NCBI GenBank assembly: GCA_964035545.1
Contig: CAXIUT010000057.1
Span: forward strand, 312,139-366,727
Direction of reading: 5' to 3'
Length of the DNA stretch: 54,589 bases
Origin: Bugula neritina
Lineage: Eukaryota; Animalia; Bryozoa
In this document: positions 13,270 to 30,113 of the stretch, one piece after another
How the letters are laid out: every line of letters starts with the position of its first letter
Position numbering within the stretch: position 1 is the stretch's first letter
The notes under the pieces: model-generated
The model's input: the letters and a program-made list of their open reading frames with translations, nothing else
Database searches by the model: none
What the model was told of the DNA's origin: nothing
Position numbers and translations under genes: made by a program

Positions 13270-14041
13270 TATCAATTGATTTAGTTTATCTCATTTTGAG
13301 AAAACTCATATAAAGAGAGCTAGTGAAGCCGAGTTTATTTTAAATGAGATTAAACCATAGTGAGTTTCTTATTGAATGAGGAATGAACTTTTTCATGAGA
13401 AAGCTAACTTTTTATTTGAATTTTTATAAAGATATCTCTGATTTTTTCAATAAATCTAGTTGTTTGTTACATATTTCAATACTTTATTTATCTTATTTAG
13501 GAATCCTTGTTTCGTCTATGATGAATTTTTCTGTATCTAGATATTTTTAATATTAAGATGAATTTTTAAACTTGATTTTTTGAAATTATTGATATTTATC
13601 TTCTTATTTTTTATGAGATTTTAACGAAAATTACTAAATAAAAAAGAATCATACCAAAACTTCTTCTGATTTGAGTGCATATTATATTTTAGTTTTAGAC
13701 AACATCTGTTCCAATTCAATGATTTTGCTTATCATCGAGTCAACCGTTAGATGTTCTTTATGACCAGCTGATGAAACAGATTACTAAGTCGTTCTCAATA
13801 AGCATTAATATTTTTAGGTTAAGGCTTTTATGATATCTTCTTGTTCTATATTTTTGATTTGAAGGGCTTTTATTGTAATTGTTTGGGAGTGAATGAGTTC
13901 TTCGTTTGATGAGATGACAGATTGGAGAATTTTAGATTTGCTGGGGTATTTTGTTTATTGATCTGGAGTTGCTGGTTATGTGGGTGGGGTTTCAGATTCA
14001 GTCATGTTGCAATCTTCTGTTATTTATTTAGCTTTAAGCAT
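13270..14041 (-). CDS. Hypothetical coiled-coil protein
   Basis: MLKAKEITEDCNMTESETPP...; E/K/I/L heptad-rich; 3' end uncertain. Confidence 0.45.
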
Positions 14042-14563
14042 GAATAAAGGTAAATTATATGGTTATCGAAATGATATTATATCCAAAAATATAGAACTGT
14101 ATTTATGATAAATTATGATAAAAAGCTAATCAAAGGAGTTGTTAATGGAATAATTATTTAAATATCATCATTGATTTTATTTTTATTTTTTATTTTGAAT
14201 AGCAATACGATGAATATTCAAACAAAAACTATTGTAAAATCTTTATTTTTAGTTTATGAAACTGTATCAGTTTTATTAACAATTTTTAGGTTATTATTGT
14301 AATTTTGATATTTATAAAAATTATTTTTTACTCATTTTATTGACTAGTTTGTAAATATTACATAGTTTTTTATTATTACTAAAAAAACTTATTTCAAAAA
14401 AATAAAAATAAAAATATGTCCTCTAAGAGAAGAAATTTAACAGAATTATTTTAATAATATTTGTTTTCTTACTTTGTTTTTATATTTCGTTCTATTTATT
14501 GTTCTAAAATGACTTCAAATCATGAGTTTCTATTTCAAGAATTTTAAATAATCAATTAGAAAG

Positions 14564-18751
<4,188 letters not shown>

Positions 18752-18832
18752 TCTTGAATACTATATTTTTAAACTGATAAAATATTATTTTAAACTGATG
18801 ATTATTTGGTGATGATGATAATTAATATATTA

Positions 18833-19382
18833 ATGTCATATCAATCAGTCATTCCCTATTCAATCAATGGATAAAAACTCTTTACCCATTCTTCTTGGCT
18901 TTCCTAAAAACAGTACAATGGATGGCTCAGTATTCCTTAATAAAACAAAAACCTTGCCTTATACTACAGTATTTCAACTCTATCACTTATTGGTATTGTA
19001 TTATACCTTATATTTAGTTCTTCAGAAAGTCTCCATTGATTAAACCTTTCTTTTCCAGCTATAACAAACTATTTTTCGGATTAGGAGTTGGATTTGTTGG
19101 CAATTATATCGGATGGCTAGGCTTACTTAAGTCTCAATAATCATCAGAATTTTCAAGAATTTTATCCAGAAACGAGTGTGGAGCTACTCCTCTTTGGAGC
19201 AATGAAGAAGCTGTCGTAAATCTTCGTGAAAAAGACTACAAGACATTTATGAGTCGAAGAAATGGTGTGTAAAAATGTACTAAAATAGAGTTTATTCGCC
19301 AAAAGACATAAAGGGAACATGTCCTGATTGCAATCGAGTATTGAAAGGAGGTCCTGGCAATGTCTAAGTCATACCACTATGA
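18833..19382 (+). CDS. Hypothetical small membrane protein
   Basis: 20-nt intron gtattataccttatatttag restores LIGIFFRKSP...LFFGLGVGFVGNYIGWLGL; possible C-terminal CPDC. Confidence 0.5.
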
Positions 19383-19547
19383 TTATGAACCTGATTAAAA
19401 TATCAATAAATAACAATTATTTCAAAATTTGATTAAATTTGATAGATTTGATTGATGATTTAAATAAAATAAAGATTAACTTAATTCAAAATAGAGTTAA
19501 AAAAATATATTTAACATTATGATTAGAATGAATCATTTATTTTTTTA

Positions 19548-21255
19548 TCAAATTTAGCCAAAAACCAAATCTTCTTCTCTTAATTCTGGATGTACGAGAA
19601 TTAAAGGAGATATTCTTTATTTAGTTTCTAAGTTTTCTTAAAAATTAACATCAAATATTTCTTTGATTTTAGGATGATTTTTTTCCTCAAATTAATCTTC
19701 ATTGATTTTTTCTTACTAAGTATTATCAAAATTCTCTGAGAATTTAACATCAGAAGAGGTTATGTCCCAGGTTGGTGATTAATTTTGATCGAATTGATAG
19801 GAAATTTATTTTTTTATTTTCATTAAAGGTGAATCTGGTCCTTCTATTGAATCTTCTTAAGAGTCTGATTCTTTAATTACATTTAAAGCTTCTTTTTTAG
19901 AATTTTTGAGACTTCTAACAATCGAAGTTAGTATATTTTCAGGAATTTTAGATTCTTTTTGCATGATTCCATCTGCAGAAGTATAAATTTATTCATTTAT
20001 TTCCATTTACAACTATTGCAAAGAATTTTGTCCCCCAATGATCATCATTGATCCAGGCACCAAAAAGCAAAGACCAAGAATATTAACTCCAGGATAAATT
20101 ATTTAATTTCTAAAGATATGATCTAAAGCAGTAGTAACTACCATCTCAAAACAAGAAGCTACTTTTCTAATAGATTATGAAAAAATATGATTTGTTATCA
20201 CGTTTGATATGACCAAATTAAATCCAAGAATAATTGATACATAAAATACTCCTACAAAATTAGCTGATGTGAAAAGACCCAGCATACCACATTTGGGATC
20301 AAATGATAGCTCAGTTCCTGCTAAAAAATAACTAAAAAAAAGAAGGTTTACAAATGCGCATATATTGTATAGAAAAAGGTTAGAGAAGCGAGGACCTGCC
20401 GGAAGTTGATACTTACTTTATAATTTCAAAAGAACAAAACAACCAGTAAATGCAAGTAGATCTCCAAACAAACGTTGCCACCATGTCTTTTGTAGATATC
20501 CTATTCCTACTACAACAGTTACAGGTAGTGTAAAAGTATCCCAAAGCATCATACTTATTCCAACAAATACTAAAAATGTACCAGCTATCTCCCATTCATG
20601 GCATTATTCTTTTTTGAATATTTTTTTAACAGCTACAAAGAAAAATCTCACTCGAAGGAATGTGAAGACATGGGTTCTTGCTGTTAGTTTTAGAGCCATT
20701 TGTCCAAAAACAACCCATAGACTAAAGTTGAGAGAATAGATGTAGACTTGTCTTAGATATTGGAGTTTAAGTAAGTTTTTAAATTTATGATTTTAATCTT
20801 TAATTGACTTTTGTTCATATTTTGTAAAGGGAATCAATAACATAGATAAAGTAAAGACTTGCCAGGCTGCGCGAGTTATGCCTTAACGACTTATATCAGC
20901 TGTCATCCAGCAAGGAACAACTGCATTACATGTTATGCTGAGGAGAAGTAGCATCCATCTTTAAACCTGAGTAAAAGTAATAGATCCAAGGAATTCATGA
21001 CTTTATTAGGTCATAGATAATCCTCTTTGGATTGTTTTTTTTAGGAATCTAGTTAGTTAAAGGAACTATCTTGTTATCAAGAGTTTCTTTTTATGCTACT
21101 TTGATAACATTGAAAGATATAGCTGATGATCTTCTAGCCTATCGACGTGGAATTTAATCTTTTTTATCCTTTTTGTTCATATTTTTCATTTCATCTTCTT
21201 ATTTTAGCTATTCAGAGTTTTAGGGTTTAAATTGGAGGAATTTTTCGAAGTTCAT
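19548..21255 (-). CDS. EamA/DMT-superfamily transporter, paralog 1
   Basis: About 10 TM segments; RAAWQ, HEWEIAGTFL, RLFGDLLAF, SFDPKCGMLGLF, PGSMMIIGGQ. Confidence 0.75.
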
Positions 21256-21386
21256 TGTTAATAAAATGATTGATATCTTTATGAAATAGTCCTATTTCGG
21301 GTAAATTTACTGATGTAGTTAAAAAATATATGAAAATATCAAAGATAGATTAAAATCATATTTCTTCTCATTAAAAATTAATTTTA

Positions 21387-22982
21387 TCATCTTTCTCTTT
21401 ATTTTTATAGACTTGAATCAGATTCTTTGATAACTGAAAAATTATCAGAATTACATTTTCTTTTTTTATTTAATTAAGCAGTTGCTAATAGGATTTATGT
21501 TATTTAGTTATTGGTGATTTTAACTTTTTAAGAGGTATAGATTTCTTAATTAATTCTCATTTCCATTTTTTTAAGAGAACTATTTCCACCTACTATCATC
21601 ATTGTTCCTGGCACGATAAAGCACAATCCAAGGCAAGAATACCCAAAATATATTTCTTAAATTCTAAAAATATCTTGAACTACAGTTGTAATTACGATCT
21701 AAAAGCAAGATGCTATTTTTCTGATAGATTCAGAAAAGATTTAATTCAATAAGACATTAGCTAATACCAAATTCAAACCTAGCATGATTGATATATAGAA
21801 CACAGTGACAAAGTTTTAAGATGTGAATAAACCGAGCATTCCATATTTGGGGTGAAATGATAATTCAGTTGCTGCGAAAAAGTAACTGAATAAAAGTAAA
21901 TTAAATGATGAACATAAACTGTAGAGAAATAAAATAGAAAAACGAGGTCCTTTTGGATGCTAGTACTTGTGTTAGAGGTTTAGGAGAACTATGCATCCTG
22001 CCATCGCTAAGAAATCACCCAGCAAACGCTACCAATAATTTCTAGAGAGATAGTATATATTTTATACTTATTTTACTGGAAGATGAATAGAATCCCAGAG
22101 TAACATGAGTATGCCCATAGCAACTAGAAAGATTCCCCCTATTTATCCTTAATGACACTATTTTCGTCTATATATTTTGATCAAAGTAATAAAAAAACAC
22201 TTTATCTTCAATAAACATATAGTATGTGTTCTAGAAGTCAACTTTCTGGCAAAGAATCCAAAAACTGCCCACACACAATAGTTAATAGAACTTCTGTAAA
22301 TCTTCTTCATATTTTAGAGTCTCAGCAAATACTTAAAAGAATCTTCATTGTTGCTAAGATGTCTCTGCTAATACCGAACAAAAGGAATCAGCAAAACAGA
22401 CAAAGCCATCAACCTCCAGGCAGATCGCAAGATTCCTTAGCTATGTATGTCTACTGACATCCAGCAGGGAACAAAGGCATTGCATAGTATGCTTCCTATG
22501 AGGAGCATCCATCTCTGCAGTTGTGTAAATTTGATAGTTTCGTGGAACTAGTGATTGGATTCTGTGAGAGAGAGACCTCTTTGCAAATTATTTCTGTGGG
22601 TAGATATTATTGATTCAGGTTCTGAGGTGTTATCGGCTATTGAAAACTAGTGATCAAGATATGTTTTTTTTTATTTTTAAAAACGGATTATTATTTTTTA
22701 TGCCATAGTTAGTGAAAGATTTCCAGGCTATGTTCTTGCGGGGGATTGTTAGTGTCTATGCTAATGTGTTTAATTATTTAGTGATATTCTTTTAAGGATG
22801 TGTTATGATTAGGAGTGATGATCTGGTTTATCATCACTTTTTGGACGATGTAGAACGGGTTGTGAGGGAATAACAAGTGATTCTAAAGATGTTATTTCGT
22901 TTGATGATTTGAATGGAGATGATATTTCTTATGGTTTTTATTATTGGGAAAGATCAGTTTGGTTAGACTTTTATTCTGTCAT
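21387..22982 (-). CDS. EamA/DMT-superfamily transporter, paralog 2 (531 aa)
   Basis: Colinear with paralog 1: QRGLSLTE..HEF, QRWMLL, CNAFVPCWM, RSAWR, RLLGDFLA, SFHPKYGMLGL, PGTMMIVGG. Confidence 0.75.
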
Positions 22983-23140
22983 TTATAACTTTACATGATA
23001 GAAATCATATTAAAAATGATATTTTTGATTTTATTTTTGAAGCTAAAATGCATCTTTTAAAGATTTACAATAAAAATAACATCTTTCGATTCTATTTTTA
23101 TGAACTTTTTTAATATTTACTAACAATAAACTGAAAAAAA

Positions 23141-23390
23141 TCAATCACTGTTTTTATTTCTTTTCTTATTTTTTTACTTTAGCTGCTTCTTATAATGCTT
23201 TTTTAAGTTATTATTGTAAACTAATAAGTTCTTGAGCTTAAAGATCTTGTTGAGATTTAAACTAGCTTTGTTACTTCTGAAACATTTCTTTTTGAAATTC
23301 TAAATTAGTAGTTTCAATAATCAACCTCTCCTGTAGTAACTTTAACTTGGCGCTATCGAATTATTACTGTCTCTACTCCTAATTACTCAT
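23141..23390 (-). CDS. Short coiled-coil hypothetical protein
   Basis: MSNEEERQEEFDSAKLKLLQERL...; E/Q/K-rich. Confidence 0.35.
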
Positions 23391-23475
23391 TAACTATATT
23401 TAAATATCTAAATAACTAAAATAATTTTCAAAATTTTCATTATAACATATTCATACATAATAAAATATCCAATAA

Positions 23476-25537
23476 TCAAACATACATCAACTTCTCCTTC
23501 AATATTTCATGAGCAATTTGAATTCTTTTGAATCTCATGTCGCCTTGATGATAACTCCATTGTAAATTTCTCAAAATATCACGAATACCCATCAACATAA
23601 ACACTCCACAATCATAGTTATTATTTTGCTGAGGATAATCTGGACGAACAACTAATCGATATTCCATTCCATAAAAAAATCTAGAAAACTTAATAGCATT
23701 CTTAAAGATATCCATTTGCATGTACTGGGCAGGACTTTTGATCATACTATCGAAAATCATTATTTATCCTTACTGAAATACAGCAAAATACCAATGATTT
23801 TGATAGTTTATGGGCATTATTAGTTGATGTCCATTATATAGCTGTCTCTTCTTGAGCACTCTTTGAATTTGGTTCTCGTTTTTGGCGATAATGCTAGTAG
23901 CAAAAAAAGAATTAAGCATTCTCCATTTTATGTCTTTGTCTTTGATAAATTATTTTTAGAGCATCTATATGTAGATGTTTATTATGTCGTCGTTTAGCCA
24001 TTGAGCATTCTGAAGACCTCCCAGTGCTTTGTATGTTAGCTTTTGTACACAATCGAATGAAGTTGCTTTGATCTAGATGTGGTAACGTGTTTTATTTAGC
24101 CAGTATTCACAGATTTGTCTGTAATCTTAAAAACTAATCAGAGGGTATTCAGTTTTTTATTTAGAATATTTCAAAGACAAAAAGTTATCTATCTATTCTT
24201 TGTATTGTCTCTTCAACTCGAATTACCATTTAATCTGATTTTATGGTTTATTTCTTATTTATCCAATATTTTTCAAATTTGCTGGTTTTTCCAATTTCTC
24301 AACTTTGCTTTCAGATATTCGCAAGATCTACAAATTTTAATTTAACTCATTGATCTCTTCAATAAGACTTTCACTGGTCTAAACATCAATACTTTTTTTT
24401 TATTTTTATTGCTTTTTCAAGATTAATTTGTACTCTCCTTGTACTTGCTATTCAGCCATATGTAATTAGGCATTTTTCATAGCTTAAATAGATCTTGGAG
24501 GATGTTATTTTGCTTTTTTTGAGTTAAGAGTAGAAAAAGGAGCAGCTTTTACAGTTGGAGTTTATTCTTGAATAAATTTACTTCTTAGTGTTTCCCACCA
24601 TCTTTGTAGCATTGAACTCAATTCAGTCTAATTATTTTATCAATTATATATAACCCCTCTTAAAACAATCAAATCAATTTCAAAAGATTGTATAAATATC
24701 AAAGATTTTCTCACTTAGTTTATTAAAAATCATATAATCTTTTTGCTTTGTTTCAAACTGACCTGCATAGGCCGACTTCTCTAACCTCTTGGTCTCTATC
24801 TCAAAAACCCTTCAAGTTGGTCAGGCAGATAATTTCTCATGGGATGGTCTAAAGACAAATCAGTACTATTCGATAAGTTAGCATATTTTCTGAGATGTCC
24901 AACTGGTTTGGATTGATATCTATTCTGAGGCAAATATGGTCTCTGAGGTGAGTCTAGACTATTCATTGATTAAGGTGATAGATTTCTGGGTGAGGGAGGG
25001 TACTGATTGATATTTCTTGGCGAAGGGGGGTAGTTATTATTTTTGTTTGATATTTGAGGACTACTTGGATGGCTGGGTGAGTAATATGGTATATAATTAG
25101 GATCTATAGGCATTTTATTGTTAATTTATGGGGTAGATTGTGGTTGGTAGTGAGATAAATTATTGTCTTATGGATGTTAGTGATGTTCTACGTGTTAGGG
25201 ATTGTTTCCTATGTTATTTTTTTGGTGATTGAAATGTTATAATTCTTTTGCTAGGGCTTCTCTATCTTGTTTTATTGTTGATTAATTGGGTATTACTCTG
25301 AAGGTGTCGATTGGATGTTGGTATTTTTGACGTATTTTTTGTTATATTTTTTGATCGTATTACTTCTTTATATGATCGTGTTCGTTTGTGAATCGATTTT
25401 GTTTGCGGAGAAGTTCTAGAGTTGGGGCACCTTCTGTCCATTGGAATGGGAGTTGGTGGTTGAGACTATGGAATTCTTGGTTAGTGGAGATTTACGATAT
25501 TAGACGAATACTTTGCGACGTTAGGCGAATGATCCAT
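23476..25537 (-). CDS. Ulp1/SENP SUMO protease (peptidase C48) with disordered N-terminus
   Basis: WLNDDIINIY, MPINYQNHWYF (His), IFDSM (Asp), PQQNNNYDCGVF (Gln, Cys); start approximate. Confidence 0.88.
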
Positions 25538-25660
25538 TTTTTGGGAGGTTTTCCATTTGTGTTATTTTATTTTTTGATTATGAAGGGCTATTATAATATC
25601 ATAAGCATCATTATTTAAACTTAACGGTGAATAAAAGAGAAAAGGAGGAGAAGAGGAAAA

Positions 25661-26150
25661 ATGTATGATTCAAAGAAACTATCAATAAAGACACAACCAT
25701 AACAAAGATGTTAAGCCAATATGAAAATGCTTCTAAATGAATTCGAAAGATACTAATTCGATGAAAAAATTAACATTAAAAAGATGGAGGGATATTAATG
25801 TATGGTGTAATAAGATCATTTCGAAAGGTAAAAATTATGAAATGATCTGAATTAATTCTATCAGAGATGTAAAAAATGATAGAAAAAGATATTGATAAAA
25901 CAAAAAGGTTTTTGAAAAATACTATGGAAACAATAATATCAAAAATATTTTTCAACAAATCATCAAAGAGCAAATATTAGATTCGATAAGAAATATCGAA
26001 AACAACCGAACATTCAACAACAGCCAGGCCCTAATTAACAGAGACAACAAAAATGCAAATTAACAAAGAAAGAAATGATTTGTATCTCCTATTTCGTATT
26101 AATAATACCGAAAATCACTTTTAAATTCTTTTAATACTCAACTAATAATG
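25661..26150 (+). CDS. Hypothetical protein
   Basis: MYDSKKLSIKTQPEQRCEANMKMLL...; frame break, weak support. Confidence 0.3.
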
Positions 26151-26200
26151 AATACCATCTTTATGATATAATTTCAAATCAATTATAATAAGTTACAAGA

Positions 26201-29008
26201 ATGAGCACAAAGATAGTAGTCTTCGGATAAAATGATCAAGTTACTCGTTTCGGGGATAAATCTAGAGGTGGACCTAATCAATCTCCATAGGAAACTGTCA
26301 ATGTTTAAAACGTAGTTGTTTCATAATCTCCTTTTCTACTCTTCTCAGTCAAATAGCGATCTCTTGTTAGTGTACAAGCTACAGGTGCTAATGGTATTTT
26401 TACTTATATTTAGGACTTCTTTTCTTCCTTGGAGGTGAGACTCCTCTTTTCGAATAAAAACAGTTTCTTATTGATCTTCTCTCATCCAGAGTTGAATTTG
26501 ATGGGATTCCAGTTGCAGTTCTTTTCGAAAGAGGACAACGTACTCTATGATTTCATGCAGAATTGACCCTTAAAGATGTAGTCAATTACATGGAACTTTA
26601 TCGATTGAAATAACGAGCCAGTATGATAAAATAAATAAGTTGGGACTAAACTGACTGGCTCAATGAAGTGTATGGTTGGGTGAGATCGCAGTCAGAGCAG
26701 AGTAGAGGAAGAGGATTCCAGGCAGCTCCTAAAGTTGTCAAGTTAAAAGCTAAATACAGAGAAAGTGTTGAATAGGAATCATAGAAGAAGTATTAAGGAC
26801 TGTTGGGATAGTAATAGATGCAGGGAATCGGAGTGAAACAACAGGAAGATGTATAATTATTTTGATGTAGGTTTTTATCGAGAGGGAAAAGTAGAAGTTG
26901 AAAAAGGAGAATATGGAAAAGCAGTTGTCTACATTTAGTAAAAATAAAAAGAAAATGGCTCCTTATGATATCAAACCTACTCCTAATCCTAAAATATAAC
27001 CTAACTTGCATTTCTTCTTAAAAGATCCGCATTCACAGCCTCCTCCTGAAGTCTCAATCAAAATACAAACAGATGAATTCAAAGATCGACCATTACCACC
27101 ACCTTACAAACCTAAAAAAACAGGAATCAATACATCTACTCAAATATAATAAAATTAACTCTTTACTTTCGATAAGGAAGTCAAACCTATCCTGGCGATT
27201 CTAACAACAAAAGCTTTGGAAAGCGCAGCACTAGAAATCTAGGAGGAATAATAATTATCAAAAATGGTTAAATACAAGAAGGCTTATGAATTACGAGTCA
27301 ATAAACAAAAATAGCATTAGCAAAAAAATATTGACTAAGAGTTGAGAATAATCAAGTAGAAATAAAAGTTGTTAGATTAGTATAGGAAAAGGACATAGAG
27401 TAAGAAAAATATTCAGAAAAGAGTGCAATATTATCAACTTGCAAATAACTTCCTTGAAGGTATTTATGGCAAATAGACAAATAAACTTATTGAAGCTAAT
27501 GCCTACAGTAACTCTCTTTCGAATTATTTGCATAGTGATTATCTTGAGGGAATGATTAGCAAGGCTGCAAATTGCTATCAAGATATTCTTGATAATGAGG
27601 TTGCCTTACAGGGTGTTTTTTAGAAAGATGTGATCACAGATTTAACTTCAGTGGCTGCTAAGCCCAAAGCTGAACATGCAAAAGCAAGAAAGAAGTTGTA
27701 GGCTAGAATGATCAACCAATCATCGAATGTTAGAAAGGTTCACATATTGTATAAACATCCTCATTTGCAGTTTAGTAACTTCAGCAAGTATCTTTCTAAG
27801 AACTTCGATGGGACTCTGGAGGCGTACATGCCAGTAAGATAAGAGCAGATCCAGGAAGTGATAGGTATTTTTATGGTTATATAGATCGAGGTCTCGGTGG
27901 ATAGGCTACAGAATAAGAAGTTTTAAAAGCAAAATTAAAAGATAGCATGTAATTTGCATAAGCAGGTCATGAAAACTTCCTGATCAAAGGTAACAAATAA
28001 ATATGTTTTACTTATACTAACAACAGATACTAGAAAGTAAAAGATGGATCTCTATCAAATGGACTATTGTTGTTGGATAAAGACGGATAGATGGTCTAAG
28101 AACCTATTTTTGGATAAATCGATCCTAAATTAAACTATCTTCGTGTTTAGAATAAACTTAGATAGGCTCGTGAGTGTGTCAATATGGATGAAGGTTTGGT
28201 GATCGATTTGAGTAAGATCCCCTAGAAGGTGAAATTTATGGTGATGTTGACGAGGGTTCAAGATGTTCATCGATATAAGAATGAAGGTGAGGGCAAGAAG
28301 ATAAAATACGCATCTTATGGGATGTAGTTTTGGTAGCATAAGATACCAATTCATTGCAAGAATATTGGAGAGGCTGTTAAATGGTAGGAAGTTGCTAAAG
28401 TTGAGGGATAGTAGATTTTACCACAAAATGCTATGATAGTATCATATGTATTAAGAAGAAGAACTATACCTGAATTTTGGACACTTGAAGATGTTTCTTT
28501 TGTTAGTCAGCCTTTCAAAAATAAATAGGAATAAACTCATTTTATCTAGGAACTTGCTAAACATTATTATAGAAGTAATTAAAGTTTAAAAGAATAATAA
28601 GATTAATAAAAAATAGAGAGACCACCCAGTAGTAGTCAATAAAAAAAATCAAGTAAGCAATAATCAAGAGGAAGATCTAAGAAGGTTATCGAGGAAGCAC
28701 CTAAGAAAAGATTAGTTCTTAAAGTTGCTACTAAAATATTGAATTAGATATAAATCAGATTGGATTAACCTTTTGAGGATATAATGAAGAAGATGACAGG
28801 ATCGGTTGAGGAATGGAAAGATTTCTTGGAAAGTTGTGAGAATGGTTGGTAGATATGTGTGAAAGGAAAGAAGTTATAAGATATATCTCAGTTGAAGAAA
28901 TTCAAGAAGATTGGTGATATTATATTAAAGAAAATACCAAAAGTAGAAGAAGTCAAAGTTTAAAAAATAGAATAACAGGAAGGGTAAAAGGTGTAAGGTG
29001 ATGAATGA
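26201..29008 (+). CDS. RSPH3: Radial spoke protein 3 paralog with N-terminal degenerate ARF/ARL-like domain and long C-terminal extension
   Basis: QTDEFKDRPLPPPYKPKKTGINTSTQIEENELFTFDKEVKPILAILTTKALESAALEIEEE is the RSP3 core; introns 26394-26413, 26540-26560, 26851-26870, 27865-27884. Confidence 0.85.
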
Positions 29009-29072
29009 TGATATCGTATAAATCATATAAACATAAATATTTACTCTATTTTCTATCAGGTATGATAATATA

Positions 29073-30064
29073 ATGAGACAGGGATTTAACAAATTTGGAA
29101 ACCAAGAAGAATCATCATAGTCCACACCTCATCCGCACCATCAAAACCAATAAAATCCTCTTAATTTCTCAATCGTCAATCAATTGACTTCTTTCTCTCC
29201 AGGAAACAGTGGTTTTAGTGATAACATGATTCTTTCTCTTTTCCAGATAGTTGAGCAACAGTCTCAGGCGCTGCAGGTGTTGATGGGAAAGGTGTAATCG
29301 ATAACATAGAAGACAGTTTAGTTGACTGAGAAGATAAAAGAGATGAAGTATGAATATTTTTAATATAGGAAAAATAAGAATGAGGATAGAGAGAATAATC
29401 AAGCATAGGGTAAGAAGAGTAATGGCAAGAATGAAACTATTAAAACTGGAGATATTCTTTAGTCAAGATTATTGATTAAAATTCTTTTTGGGAGTTAAAA
29501 AAAATATGATTTCAAATTAAAGTTGTCACAAAAATTGTAATTACCTCTCTTTAGATAAAGAAACTTCTTGTAAATATTGATATATTCAGCCTGGAGATAG
29601 AACTTACTGATAACTAAGGCAGAAAAATCAAAAATAGTAATAAAATACCTCTCAGTTTAGCTCTTTATAGTTCCTAGAACCCACCTAAATTTATATAAAA
29701 GAATACAGCAGGTCAGAAGATCTTAAAAGGATATATAGAACAAAGTCTACATCAAGGAATTTGTCGTTTCTAAAAAATACAAATCAAAGAAGTAACCTCG
29801 CATTTTAGAAATGGGTGGATTTTTATTGTTATCATTCCTTGCATGACACCTCTAGGTAGTACTCTGACATCATCATCATAGTCTTATGTTGATTATACGA
29901 AAATTGAACCTTTGGTTTTAGATAGAATAGTAGTCAAAGCAAAGAAATTAAAATAGATGAAGAAATAGACGTAAGATAACCTGGAACATTAGGAATAAGG
30001 AGAGGAAGAGCAAGAGGAAGGAATGATGAAACGTGAGGAATCTTACTATTTATAGTAAAAGTGA
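29073..30064 (+). CDS. Ciliate protein with coiled coil and beta-sandwich domain resembling the CBP60-type DNA-binding domain
   Basis: Clean ORF with 20-nt intron 29570-29589; [69 protein letters not shown]; acidic tail. Confidence 0.6.
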
Positions 30065-30113
30065 TTCTTTTTAGTGATAATATCAAAAAGTTGATTCTGA
30101 TATAATATCTATT

